Source: a virus
IMG/VR virus record: IMGVR_UViG_3300044655_001360
Length of the DNA: 64,000 bases
Direction: 5' to 3' (one strand)
Below the pieces are notes generated by a model. It did not search any database, was not told the DNA's origin, and saw nothing but the letters and a program-made list of their open reading frames with translations. Below, one piece after another: positions 50,044-58,740 of the stretch. Positions within the stretch are counted from its first letter, which is position 1. Each line of letters begins with the position of its first letter. A program made the translations under genes and the position numbers.

Positions 50044-50235
50044 TCACCAATTACTCACATCTGTAATATCAATCGTAATTTGCAATGAACCATGTTCAAA
50101 CTTAACATAATCATTAACCCCAATACCAGATTCGGATTTCTCCCAAATCTCAAACTGTGGTATATCTTCAAACCTATCAGCGATTTCACTCAACTTACTG
50201 ATCTGTTCACGGGTTAATATCGTAACTCTTTGCAT
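50044..50235 (-). CDS. Hypothetical protein
   Basis: GGAG SD; SGIG...DITDVSNW motif. Confidence 0.65.
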   Translation of the reverse strand: MQRVTILTREQISKLSEIADRFEDIPQFEIWEKSESGIGVNDYVKFEHGSLQITIDITDVSNW

Positions 50236-50276
50236 AATGTCTCCGAAAAAGGGTGGCTATTAACCACCCTAAAAGA

Positions 50277-51017
50277 TTACTTACTAGATAATGCAGGTAA
50301 GATGTACTTATATACCGCAATACCACTATCAACAATAATTTGCATCGCACCAACATCAGAAATGTTCATAGTTTTAGTACCAGCTAATCCAAGAATCTGA
50401 ATGATTTGATGCACTGGCCAAGACCAAGTATATTTTAAGGATTCAGTAGCAGTAACTGTATGGAATATAAAACTACCAGCATGAGTAGATGCATCACCAA
50501 AACTAACGATTAAGTTATTGTTCTTTGTACTTATTTCCAGAACTGGTTCTTGTGAATGAGCCGTACTTTGATACTTCAAACGCGTAATACTTGCAATAGT
50601 CGGTTCAAATGAAATCTTCCATTGTGCGCCATTGAATATAGCATTCTTGATCTTTTCGTTAATAACCGCAGTACTCATAAAACGGTAGTCATTTGAAAAG
50701 TCACCTGCTGCATTTTCAAAATGTAGGGAAGTAGGTACTTCAACTCCGTCACGTACTTCACGTACAACTTCAATTTTGCCATCTTCACGGTATTCAGGAC
50801 ATTTTAAATGAATGTTTAGTTTATCTAAGTTGGGTAAACCAAATACACCTTCGAATTCTGCAACTGGCTTATGTACTTCAGCCTGCAAAATAACCGATTT
50901 ATCTTCGGCAATAGATTCAATAGAAGTTGAAGTTGGTGTTCCAGTTACTTTTACTGTTGGTAAAATGCCTAATGAATGAGTGTGTGCTACGATGTCTTGT
51001 AGAGTATCTTTAATCAT
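50277..51017 (-). CDS. gp45: DNA polymerase sliding clamp (gp45-like)
   Basis: Downstream of polymerase, ~246 aa, G.FG...L..L and G...I...SG...Y.YILPA pattern; own promoter TTGACA-17-TAAACT at 51084-51112. Confidence 0.6.
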   Translation of the reverse strand: MIKDTLQDIVAHTHSLGILPTVKVTGTPTSTSIESIAEDKSVILQAEVHKPVAEFEGVFGLPNLDKLNIHLKCPEYREDGKIEVVREVRDGVEVPTSLHFENAAGDFSNDYRFMSTAVINEKIKNAIFNGAQWKISFEPTIASITRLKYQSTAHSQEPVLEISTKNNNLIVSFGDASTHAGSFIFHTVTATESLKYTWSWPVHQIIQILGLAGTKTMNISDVGAMQIIVDSGIAVYKYILPALSSK

Positions 51018-51181
51018 AATATAATCTCGAGGTTTGAAGTTAAAATAATCCACATATAAGTGGAATCTGGTACTGCTTTGTGTAGTTTAATAGTTTGTCA
51101 CTGGATTGTCAAGTTAAATATGTACCTAGTGGATACTAGGTACAATATACCAATGCGAGGCGCGTTAGTGCCGAGCCTTAG

Positions 51182-52180
51182 TTAAAAAGAAAACAACGAA
51201 TTGAAGAAGTTATCCTGACGAGTTTCACTCAAATCCCAGTTGAGTACACCAATCAAGTTGTCCAACTTGTCATCAATCAACTTCTCTTCCATGATAGCTT
51301 CATCAAATGGAAGTTCCTTAAACCATTGAGGTAAACGTTGTTCATCAACTGGATACGCTACGCTCTTGAATCCCATCGGGTTATCTTTAAGTGTACAAAC
51401 CACCACTTTGGAACCATCGATAATAGACATAGTATACTTGTCACTATTCATGCGTTTTAAGGTATTCCAATTGATACTAGCTCTGACTTGACCTGGCATC
51501 GTTGCTTTGCCTTTATCGGTTAATAACGTACCATACTTGGTAATGTTATTAGCTCGTTTTGGTGAACCCTTTTCCCAACCATTCCATTTCTTGAATTCTT
51601 GTCTGAATTCGGTAATGTAATTGATTGTATCCTCTTGTGGTTTGCCATTGAGAACCATATCTAATACATTACTTAAGAAGTCTTGAATTGCCGGTGGCGT
51701 GTCAGATCGTCTTAAGTCCAAACCCATTGCTTTTACTTTACCAGCTTTGCCATTCACATCCATACGTTTACCTTCCTTGTCGAAGTAAAGAACCGCGTAT
51801 CGTTTTTTGGTGATGAACAGCGCTTTAGAACCAATGATCTCGCGGCCTGCTTTGATTACTGAACCACGTGCTTTTGGGCAATGAAATGCAGTAGACATGA
51901 ATTTTGGGAAAGTCTCGTTAACTTCCTCACCAATCGCATCATAAAACTGAATGATTGATTCTTTATCCCATGGGATTTGACCAGAATCAATCAATGGTTT
52001 CAATGTTGGGTATGCAGAGAAATACACCGAGTTATGAATTAAAATGTCGTTACCAAAAAACCATGGATGATCTTCGTTTTTCATACCAATGTCATATACA
52101 TATTCATCCTCTGCTTTTCTTAGAAGTTTAACTGACTTCACTTTTCCACGGTGTAAACTTATTGTGTTAGTTTGTTGCAT
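51182..52180 (-). CDS. gp43: DNA polymerase B C-terminal fragment led by a 50-aa C-intein (IntC 52031-52180)
   Basis: IntC: YVYDI.M......FFGNDILIHN|SVYF; extein: TKKRYA, KAMGLD.RRSD; ATG at 52180 after AAGGAA. Confidence 0.92.
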   Translation of the reverse strand: MQQTNTISLHRGKVKSVKLLRKAEDEYVYDIGMKNEDHPWFFGNDILIHNSVYFSAYPTLKPLIDSGQIPWDKESIIQFYDAIGEEVNETFPKFMSTAFHCPKARGSVIKAGREIIGSKALFITKKRYAVLYFDKEGKRMDVNGKAGKVKAMGLDLRRSDTPPAIQDFLSNVLDMVLNGKPQEDTINYITEFRQEFKKWNGWEKGSPKRANNITKYGTLLTDKGKATMPGQVRASINWNTLKRMNSDKYTMSIIDGSKVVVCTLKDNPMGFKSVAYPVDEQRLPQWFKELPFDEAIMEEKLIDDKLDNLIGVLNWDLSETRQDNFFNSLFSF

Positions 52181-53171
52181 AATACCATTCCTTAATTTCA
52201 TTGATGACAGTCTCTTTGTCTTTATACCATGCTTTTTCCCAGATTACAAATACTTCATATCCTTGATTATTGGCATATGTACGTTTTGCTTGATCGCGGG
52301 ACCAAATGAAATAAGCATGTTGTCCTTTTTGTTTAAAGTAAAAATCTCTATCATATAAGTCTGGATCAGCATGCCAGTATGATCCATAAAACTCAATCAA
52401 CTTCTTACGCGATGGATCACCGTAATCATATGGTCCAATATGTGGATTATCTAGTCTAAAGGATAATTGTAAATCTGGCATTACTGCAACTAAATCCTCA
52501 TATGCAGATAATTCGATTTTTGATTGTATTCGTTCAACCGATGCACGACCAATACAAAACGCATCATACTTTTCAGTTCCATCTTCAAGACCATAAGTTT
52601 CCACAAAATATTCCAATGACGTGGTATATCGTTGTTGCTCGCAGTATATATTCCAATTAACCATACCAGCAACTACACCATGGCGGTCTATCATGTTTTG
52701 TATCGTTTGAGATCTTGAATTATTATACGCATTGAATTCATCAATAGTCATACCATATTTTGCTTCCTTGTACTCGAAGGTGTTAGTTTCTGCCTGTACA
52801 TCACAGTAACTTTTCCATCTGATCTTTCCTTCTTCTTCGCCGTATTTTTCAATCATCGCGGCTTCTGTAACACCGCACAATTCTTTTAAGTTTTCTGACA
52901 CGATTGGCGATGTTGGATACCTATGTATATATTCCGCTATTGTAATACTTTCAACACATTTACTTTTCAAATGGGTTGGTGTGATACGTTTATATGATTT
53001 CCCACACATTGCACATTTCACTTGGCTATTTGGGTCCGCAGAATCGACGGATCTTCTACTAACACCATACTTGTTAGTCTTTATGGTTATCCCATTAACA
53101 GGGGGGTTAACGCCCAACGAGTTCAATAACTCACCATACAACTGTTTTGTTTCATCGTCAACATTGTTCAT
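52167..53171 (-). mobile_element. Free-standing homing endonuclease (Zn-finger, YG repeats, Vsr-like domain) between the split-intein halves
   Basis: C..CGK.....H; three (K/R/T)(Y/H)G...G...(W/Y)..(Y/F)C repeats; YDY....KLIEFYGSYWH...GY.V.VIWE. Confidence 0.85.
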
Positions 53172-53183
53172 GCTATATCCTTA

Positions 53184-55370
53184 TTAGTTTATAAAATCTG
53201 AGTGTTTCACCGATATCAATATATCAGTCTCTAAAATGTCAATCGGTTTAGTTTCAATTAAATTACCATCTCTCTCAACCATAACTGAATGGTCTTCAGT
53301 TACAATTATGGTGTTTCCAAGTTCATCTTCAATTTCGTACAAATCCTTTGATACTTTATGTCGGTATATGTAGTTAATATTACCATAATACGGTGCATCA
53401 TCTTTTAGACTATACGATAAAACTTGTAGATCTGGGTTACATGCATACTCCTTATCACCATTATTCCAAAACTCAGTACACCCGTTAAACAACTCTTCGA
53501 TTGTCTTAACTCCTTGATTTGTATGGTGTTTCGTTTCGGAAAATTCGGAATCCGTGTCGTTATAAATGATTGATTTTCCTAGATAATTATATTCACCACA
53601 TACAATCTCGTTAACTTGTGCTGTCATATGACGGGTAATCGACCGTCCAGTTAATGTTGTACTTTGACCAATGCGTTTATCGAAAAACCTACAACCACTG
53701 TTCAAAATCGCCCCATAGCAGGAGTTCAAAAGTAATTTGGTATACTGTTCTTTAATACTCCAGTATCTTTCCTCGATGTCAAGTCCAGCATCCCGAGCAA
53801 CTTTCATTTTTTTCTGCATTACTTGACGATCAGCATACCATTGTTTTAACAAACCGGGAATGATTCCCTCTTTTTCAAAAGTAAAGATAGTACCATTTGC
53901 ACTTAACATCCATGATTGACCAGATTTGAAAATTAAATCATAGGTTTGAGCAGCACTAAGTTCATCACTACTACCCTCTTCCCAATCTATAGTAAGCATA
54001 CGATTCGAATCTCTTGACATAACATCATCATATTCTAAAGTCGAAAATACGCCTTCCCAACATGAAGCAAACTTCTTACCTGTAGCCATTTGATCCGCAA
54101 TAAACTTATCAGTTGCCACTGGTCTAAGTTGACCGATAATAGTCTCTGGACTCATATTAAGTGCACGGATTGTACTAGGGTACAGCGAGTTGATATCTAA
54201 TGAAGCAACCCAATCATGTAGACCTTTTTTGGGATAAGCAACATACGCACCAGCAGCTTGCGTGTTTTCATTATCATTACGTGGCTTTCTATTAGGTGCA
54301 ATCTGCCCTTTACTATGCGCCTCATTGATAATAGCTTGTTCAATAGCTGCAACGGAACCTAACGTAGTTGGTAACAATACAGTACAACCATGAGCAGTCG
54401 TATTAGCCAAATCCATAAACTTCAACTTCTTATCCATTCTATCTAACAGTGCAACGTCTTGTCGGTTATATTCGATAAAAGTCTTAAAGTCTTGATTGTA
54501 TAGCTGTTCTAACGTACCATCATAAACAGTTTTATGGTCACCTAATTCATATTCAGCAATCGCATCTAATCGATAAGATGGCTTTTCTTCATGAGTATAC
54601 TTACGATAAATGTCCAAGTAATCCATATGAACTCGACCAACCAAATCGAAAGTAGTCGAAACCTTACCAAACTTCTCGAATTCACGTTTCTTAGGAGATT
54701 GATCCCATAAACAGAATCGACGAGTATCGTTCTTACTTAAAACCTTAGCAACACGATTAACGGTATATGGAATATCGAATGATTCAGAATTCCAACCACT
54801 TAATACATCAGCATCTTCGATAATAGTAAGGAACGTATCTAATAATTCCTTTTCTGTTTTAAAGATAAACGTATTCTCAAACTCAGCTACTTGCTCTTCA
54901 GCTTCTTTGATACTCATATGTTTTGGTGGAATTGCCAAACAAATCATAGTTTCAGACCACTGTAGATATACAGCAATAGAAACAATTGGCATAAAAGGAT
55001 CATCTGGTGCGGCATAGCCGCGTTCAGGACACATACTGGTCTCGATATCGAAATACGCGACATTGAGTTTAGGTGCATCTGCGTTAAGGTAATGGTCTTC
55101 AAGACAACGATAGGTAACATTGATATCACTTTCATATAACTTCTTGGTTTGACCAAATATAGCAATATTCTTATGATGTTCTTTGTGGGTTTTACTTTTA
55201 ACCCTAGACAATGGTTTACCTTTCATTGAATGATGGTTACCATTTGGGTCTTCGTAATAAAAGACATAGTTTGCTGGAAATTCTCGGTAATGGCGAATGC
55301 CATCTGTATCACGTTCAACTACGTGGATAATATCGCGATCTTTTTCATAAAAAGCATCTACATAACTCAT
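53184..55370 (-). CDS. gp43: DNA polymerase B N-terminal fragment ending in a 121-aa N-intein (IntN 53187-53549)
   Basis: Exo FDIET, GWNS..FDIPY, YN.QD; motif A SLDINSLYPS; motif B K..LNSCYG; YNDTD|S then intein with block B IVTEDHSVMV. Confidence 0.93.
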   Translation of the reverse strand: MSYVDAFYEKDRDIIHVVERDTDGIRHYREFPANYVFYYEDPNGNHHSMKGKPLSRVKSKTHKEHHKNIAIFGQTKKLYESDINVTYRCLEDHYLNADAPKLNVAYFDIETSMCPERGYAAPDDPFMPIVSIAVYLQWSETMICLAIPPKHMSIKEAEEQVAEFENTFIFKTEKELLDTFLTIIEDADVLSGWNSESFDIPYTVNRVAKVLSKNDTRRFCLWDQSPKKREFEKFGKVSTTFDLVGRVHMDYLDIYRKYTHEEKPSYRLDAIAEYELGDHKTVYDGTLEQLYNQDFKTFIEYNRQDVALLDRMDKKLKFMDLANTTAHGCTVLLPTTLGSVAAIEQAIINEAHSKGQIAPNRKPRNDNENTQAAGAYVAYPKKGLHDWVASLDINSLYPSTIRALNMSPETIIGQLRPVATDKFIADQMATGKKFASCWEGVFSTLEYDDVMSRDSNRMLTIDWEEGSSDELSAAQTYDLIFKSGQSWMLSANGTIFTFEKEGIIPGLLKQWYADRQVMQKKMKVARDAGLDIEERYWSIKEQYTKLLLNSCYGAILNSGCRFFDKRIGQSTTLTGRSITRHMTAQVNEIVCGEYNYLGKSIIYNDTDSEFSETKHHTNQGVKTIEELFNGCTEFWNNGDKEYACNPDLQVLSYSLKDDAPYYGNINYIYRHKVSKDLYEIEDELGNTIIVTEDHSVMVERDGNLIETKPIDILETDILISVKHSDFIN

Positions 55371-55375
55371 TTAAA

Positions 55376-55435
55376 CTCCTGATTGTTTATGGCCAATCTT
55401 ACCGTATAATCCGACACTTATGGCGGTCGTAAACC
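55376..55435 (-). promoter_or_regulatory. Tandem GCCAUAA-loop hairpins abutting the polymerase SD
   Basis: CGAC-cGCCATAAgt-GTCG and GATTG-GCCATAAa-CAATC immediately followed by AGGAG. Confidence 0.6.
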
Positions 55436-55449
55436 TTATTGATTATAAC

Positions 55450-55692
55450 TTATTTGCCGTGTTTTAAGCAATACATAGTCACCAGTGGATTTTCTTCCAT
55501 TACGATTAAGTCAAACTGATACTTGCGATAATGCCTATTACGCTCTCTGTCTATTTCTGTTATCATGATTAGTTTTGGGCATACCTTAGTTACTACGCCA
55601 ACTCGTAAGTCGTTATGATGTGCAAATGCTACGAAGTTACCTGCTACTACTGGTCTACCTAGTTTGTCACTTTGTTCGATTATTTTAGCCAT
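55450..55692 (-). CDS. Hypothetical protein (SH3/KOW-like)
   Basis: DKLG..V..G.FVAF.....L..G.V.K...K pattern; AGGA SD. Confidence 0.6.
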   Translation of the reverse strand: MAKIIEQSDKLGRPVVAGNFVAFAHHNDLRVGVVTKVCPKLIMITEIDRERNRHYRKYQFDLIVMEENPLVTMYCLKHGK

Positions 55693-55713
55693 TTTGAATC
55701 CTAATATCAGTTA

Positions 55714-55792
55714 AGCTCGCACCTAGCGGTGCTCGCAAGGTACGAGCAATGCACAAGTGAGGTACGAGTGAGGTACGAGCAAGGTACTAGCG
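55714..55792. repeat. 23-nt hairpin element followed by AGGTAC(G/T)AG x4
   Basis: AGCTCGCACCTAGCGGTGCTCGC; related copies at 51155, 61305 and 61378. Confidence 0.75.
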
Positions 55793-55860
55793 TAAACTAA
55801 TATTTAGACTCAAAATTAACTATTACAAAAAGAGCAGCCTGTAGGCTGCTCTATAATAGA

Positions 55861-56118
55861 TTAATCTAACCGTTTAGTGATATCAAGGATAGCTTCAACT
55901 TCTTCCCAGTCTTCATTAAAGGTAGACCAATTGCCTTTGTGAGCAATCTTGATGGCTTTGTTGATAATAGAAGGTTTGATTTGAAGTTCTTCAGCTACTG
56001 CTTTTACAGTATCTTTAAGACCCATAGAAAGGTCTTCAACTTCACGTAGTACGTTAGAACCTTCATTGATTAAACGTTCTAATTTTGCTTTTTCTTCTGG
56101 ACCGTAGATTTTTGACAT
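55861..56118 (-). CDS. Small dsDNA-binding protein (T4 DsbA/GapR-like)
   Basis: LK..VK..AEEL..KP..INK..KI.HK pattern; promoter TTGACA-17-TACAAT at 56148-56176; terminator 55826-55851. Confidence 0.65.
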   Translation of the reverse strand: MSKIYGPEEKAKLERLINEGSNVLREVEDLSMGLKDTVKAVAEELQIKPSIINKAIKIAHKGNWSTFNEDWEEVEAILDITKRLD

Positions 56119-56236
56119 TTGATTCTCTCGTTGTGGTTAAAAATGATATTGTAAGTGAGTGGTTGGTAGTTGTCAAGCGTTATTTTTAGATACTTGAAAC
56201 TGCCAACTGAGAATGCAGTATAACATAGTAAAAACT

Positions 56237-56262
56237 AAAAAGCCAGCACGGTGGCTGGCTTC
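56237..56262 (-). terminator. Terminator ending the leader-protein operon
   Basis: AAGCCAGC/GCTGGCTT stem with a minus-strand U-tract. Confidence 0.75.
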
Positions 56263-56283
56263 TTGTTCGATTATCTTTTAGAA

Positions 56284-57690
56284 TTAACGAAGTTTGTAGT
56301 GAACTGGGCGTTCATAACGACCGTCTGTTTCACGAGTTACTGAAATAAGGCGTTCACCATCATTTGATTTTACACGCACAGTTTGACCATATGAAATGTT
56401 ACGACCAGTTGGCCATTGGTCAACCAAACCTTCTGATTCTAATGCTGCGTTTAGAGTTTCAAACCAGTTTTGTTTAGCTTGATGTTTACCAAATGCTTCT
56501 TCGAATTCTTCGTCGAATGATTCTTGGAATGAATCGCCGATCATATCATCACTTGCTTGTTTTTGATAATGACCTTTGTTTTGTTGCATATACTGGTCAA
56601 TAGCATTACCATAAAGGTCTTTAACAACATGAACCAGTTGGGCTACTGCGTTAGCATCATTTTGGTTAGTAACGTGAGCTCTACCAATTGCTTTAATAGC
56701 ATCAACAAAGTCAACTGATTCATCGAAGTTATGCCATGCAAAGTCATAGAAATCTTCATCGAAGTCGGCAACAACATTATCAGGAACTGAATGATCTTGT
56801 TCACCACGGTTTGCTAAATCCATTTGTCTAGCCATTTGTGGGCGAGTTAATGTCGCTTCCGATAACACATCGAACATACGGAATTCACCACCCATGTTTT
56901 CGTATACCATACCAGCATAAAGTTCTTGTTTAACACCTTCGTATTTGGCACTAGCAACGCGTTGTGCCCATGCAAACAATTCAGTATCAACTGCATCAAT
57001 TTGTTGTTGACCACCGCTTTCTTGAACTAAAGTGACCATTTGTTTGAAAGTTAGTTTAGGTTCGATTGATTCCTTAACTGCTTTCTTTTTAGCTTGGCCT
57101 TTCCACATAGCGGCTGCTGCAACTGCTTTAGGGTCTTTAGCTCCACTTTTCGCTGCTGCTTTTTCAACTTTCTCGAAGCCTTTACCTTTTTTGCCAATAT
57201 CCTTACCGGCAACTGCTTTCTTAACTACTGCAGATTTCTCTTTTTTAGTTAAACCAGCACTTGGTTTAGAATCTTCTTTCATGTGTTGATCGAGTTCTTT
57301 TTTGAATGCTGCACCACCTTTACCATCTGGTTTTTTACCTTTACCAGATTGTGATTTTAATGCGTCGGTTGCAGTACCAGATTTAGCGGTTGGTGAAACT
57401 TTAGTAACTAAGTTTTTGAATTTTTCTTGTGCTGCGATTTGAGCAGCAGATTCTTCCAAATCTTCTTCCATGTCATCATCCAAACATTCAACTTGTTGTT
57501 CTTCGACTTTTTCTTCTTTCTTAGCTTTTGGTTTCTTTACCTTAGCTGCTTCAGTTAAAAGTGAAGATTGGCCTGCTAGTACACGTAATTGTGCACTTTC
57601 ATCCAATTGAATTGGTGATGGTAATGTGGGTGCTGCTACACCAGCTACTGGTGTTTCGATTGCATCGAGTTTATCTAAAATGTCTTTCAT
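56284..57690 (-). CDS. Modular putative head/internal polyprotein (start MKDILDKLDAIE)
   Basis: AAGGA SD before 57690; alternating acidic and Lys/Ala-rich modules separated by hydrophobic-x-E sites. Confidence 0.7.
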   Translation of the reverse strand: MKDILDKLDAIETPVAGVAAPTLPSPIQLDESAQLRVLAGQSSLLTEAAKVKKPKAKKEEKVEEQQVECLDDDMEEDLEESAAQIAAQEKFKNLVTKVSPTAKSGTATDALKSQSGKGKKPDGKGGAAFKKELDQHMKEDSKPSAGLTKKEKSAVVKKAVAGKDIGKKGKGFEKVEKAAAKSGAKDPKAVAAAAMWKGQAKKKAVKESIEPKLTFKQMVTLVQESGGQQQIDAVDTELFAWAQRVASAKYEGVKQELYAGMVYENMGGEFRMFDVLSEATLTRPQMARQMDLANRGEQDHSVPDNVVADFDEDFYDFAWHNFDESVDFVDAIKAIGRAHVTNQNDANAVAQLVHVVKDLYGNAIDQYMQQNKGHYQKQASDDMIGDSFQESFDEEFEEAFGKHQAKQNWFETLNAALESEGLVDQWPTGRNISYGQTVRVKSNDGERLISVTRETDGRYERPVHYKLR

Positions 57691-57700
57691 TTTGGGGTCC

Positions 57701-57955
57701 TTAAGGTTGTCTTTTGATGGGAGTTCCACCAAATAAGTTATCTTTTATATTTAGTGCGTTTTTAGCCGTACCATCTGAATTCGTTGGTTGAACCACTTTG
57801 GGTGGTTTCGGTGCTTTTGTTCCGGGTTTACCTGGGCTACCTGCGTAACTTTTTGATCTTTTACCAATGGCAAGATTTGGATTGTATACTGCCGCTATAT
57901 CACCTGCACTGGTTGCACCGGCACTAGCTTCTTCAAATAATTCGTGCAATCTCAT
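57701..57955 (-). CDS. Small putative head protein (MRLHELFEE|ASAGATSAG)
   Basis: GGAG SD; leader motif. Confidence 0.7.
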   Translation of the reverse strand: MRLHELFEEASAGATSAGDIAAVYNPNLAIGKRSKSYAGSPGKPGTKAPKPPKVVQPTNSDGTAKNALNIKDNLFGGTPIKRQP

Positions 57956-58164
57956 TGCTTGTCTCCAAATGGTGATTCACCAGTTAAGTGTGTTTGTGCA
58001 AACCAAAGTCTAAACCATTCTGGAGTTCCAGGTTGGATGTTATTTGATTTTTCAAAATCACGTTTCATAGTAGCAGTTGCGTGTTGTTCTGATGGCTGGT
58101 ATGTGGATAATCCAGCAAATGGCTTAATCCCTGCCAATAGTTTAATTCGTTCTAGTTCGTCCAT
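57952..58164 (-). CDS. Hypothetical protein
   Basis: DELERIKLLAGI...NIQPGTPEWFRLWF. Confidence 0.7.
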   Translation of the reverse strand: MDELERIKLLAGIKPFAGLSTYQPSEQHATATMKRDFEKSNNIQPGTPEWFRLWFAQTHLTGESPFGDKQ

Positions 58165-58740
58165 TTACCTATTCTCGTGTATTTTATTTGATTGCTGGCT
58201 AAAAGATCCGGTATTACCAATAGCAGACTTTGCTTGATTTGATTTAAACGCAACGTAAGTTCCAATAGTTGGGTAATATAGTCCATCATGCCCAGCTTTT
58301 TCAACTTCAATCCGTGCGTATCTAGCACCATCAGTACCGTGTTTTTTGATAAGATCACGCAAGAACTCTTCAGGTTCGTCCACAATCACTGGGTTTTTGA
58401 TTGATAGAAACATTGGTTTTACGTTACCATTTTCTCTTTTCGCATAATCACTTGCAACTTGCGTGTCCGATGAAAAGAAAAATCCACCATCAAATGTATA
58501 GAATCCAGGTGAGACTTTATCACGATCATACTCATCAAAATCGCTAGGAGATCCGTTATAAACCACTAAGGGTTCACCGTTTCCATCAACCACTTTACTA
58601 TCACCAAACCATGATTTGAATTCAGGTGTTCTTACTTGTTGGTATTGAACCGGATTCAAATTACTTGGCTTTCCATTTGGTGCTAGTAATTGCTCAGATT
58701 CAAGTAACTTTAATTTGTCTAAAAGATAACGGATTTCCAT
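58165..58740 (-). CDS. ADP-ribosyltransferase-like (ART-PolyVal-type) domain protein with leader
   Basis: LAPNGKPS.L, VRTPEFK.WFGD, GEPLVVY.G, GFFFSSD...A..YA, FL.IKNP, G.DG, VAF..NQ.KSAIGN. Confidence 0.7.
   Translation of the reverse strand: MEIRYLLDKLKLLESEQLLAPNGKPSNLNPVQYQQVRTPEFKSWFGDSKVVDGNGEPLVVYNGSPSDFDEYDRDKVSPGFYTFDGGFFFSSDTQVASDYAKRENGNVKPMFLSIKNPVIVDEPEEFLRDLIKKHGTDGARYARIEVEKAGHDGLYYPTIGTYVAFKSNQAKSAIGNTGSFSQQSNKIHENR

Noticed and set aside
53184-55370. Polymerase pseudogene or frameshift error
   Set aside because: Both halves have SD sites, intact catalytic motifs and complementary intein blocks, so the split is functional
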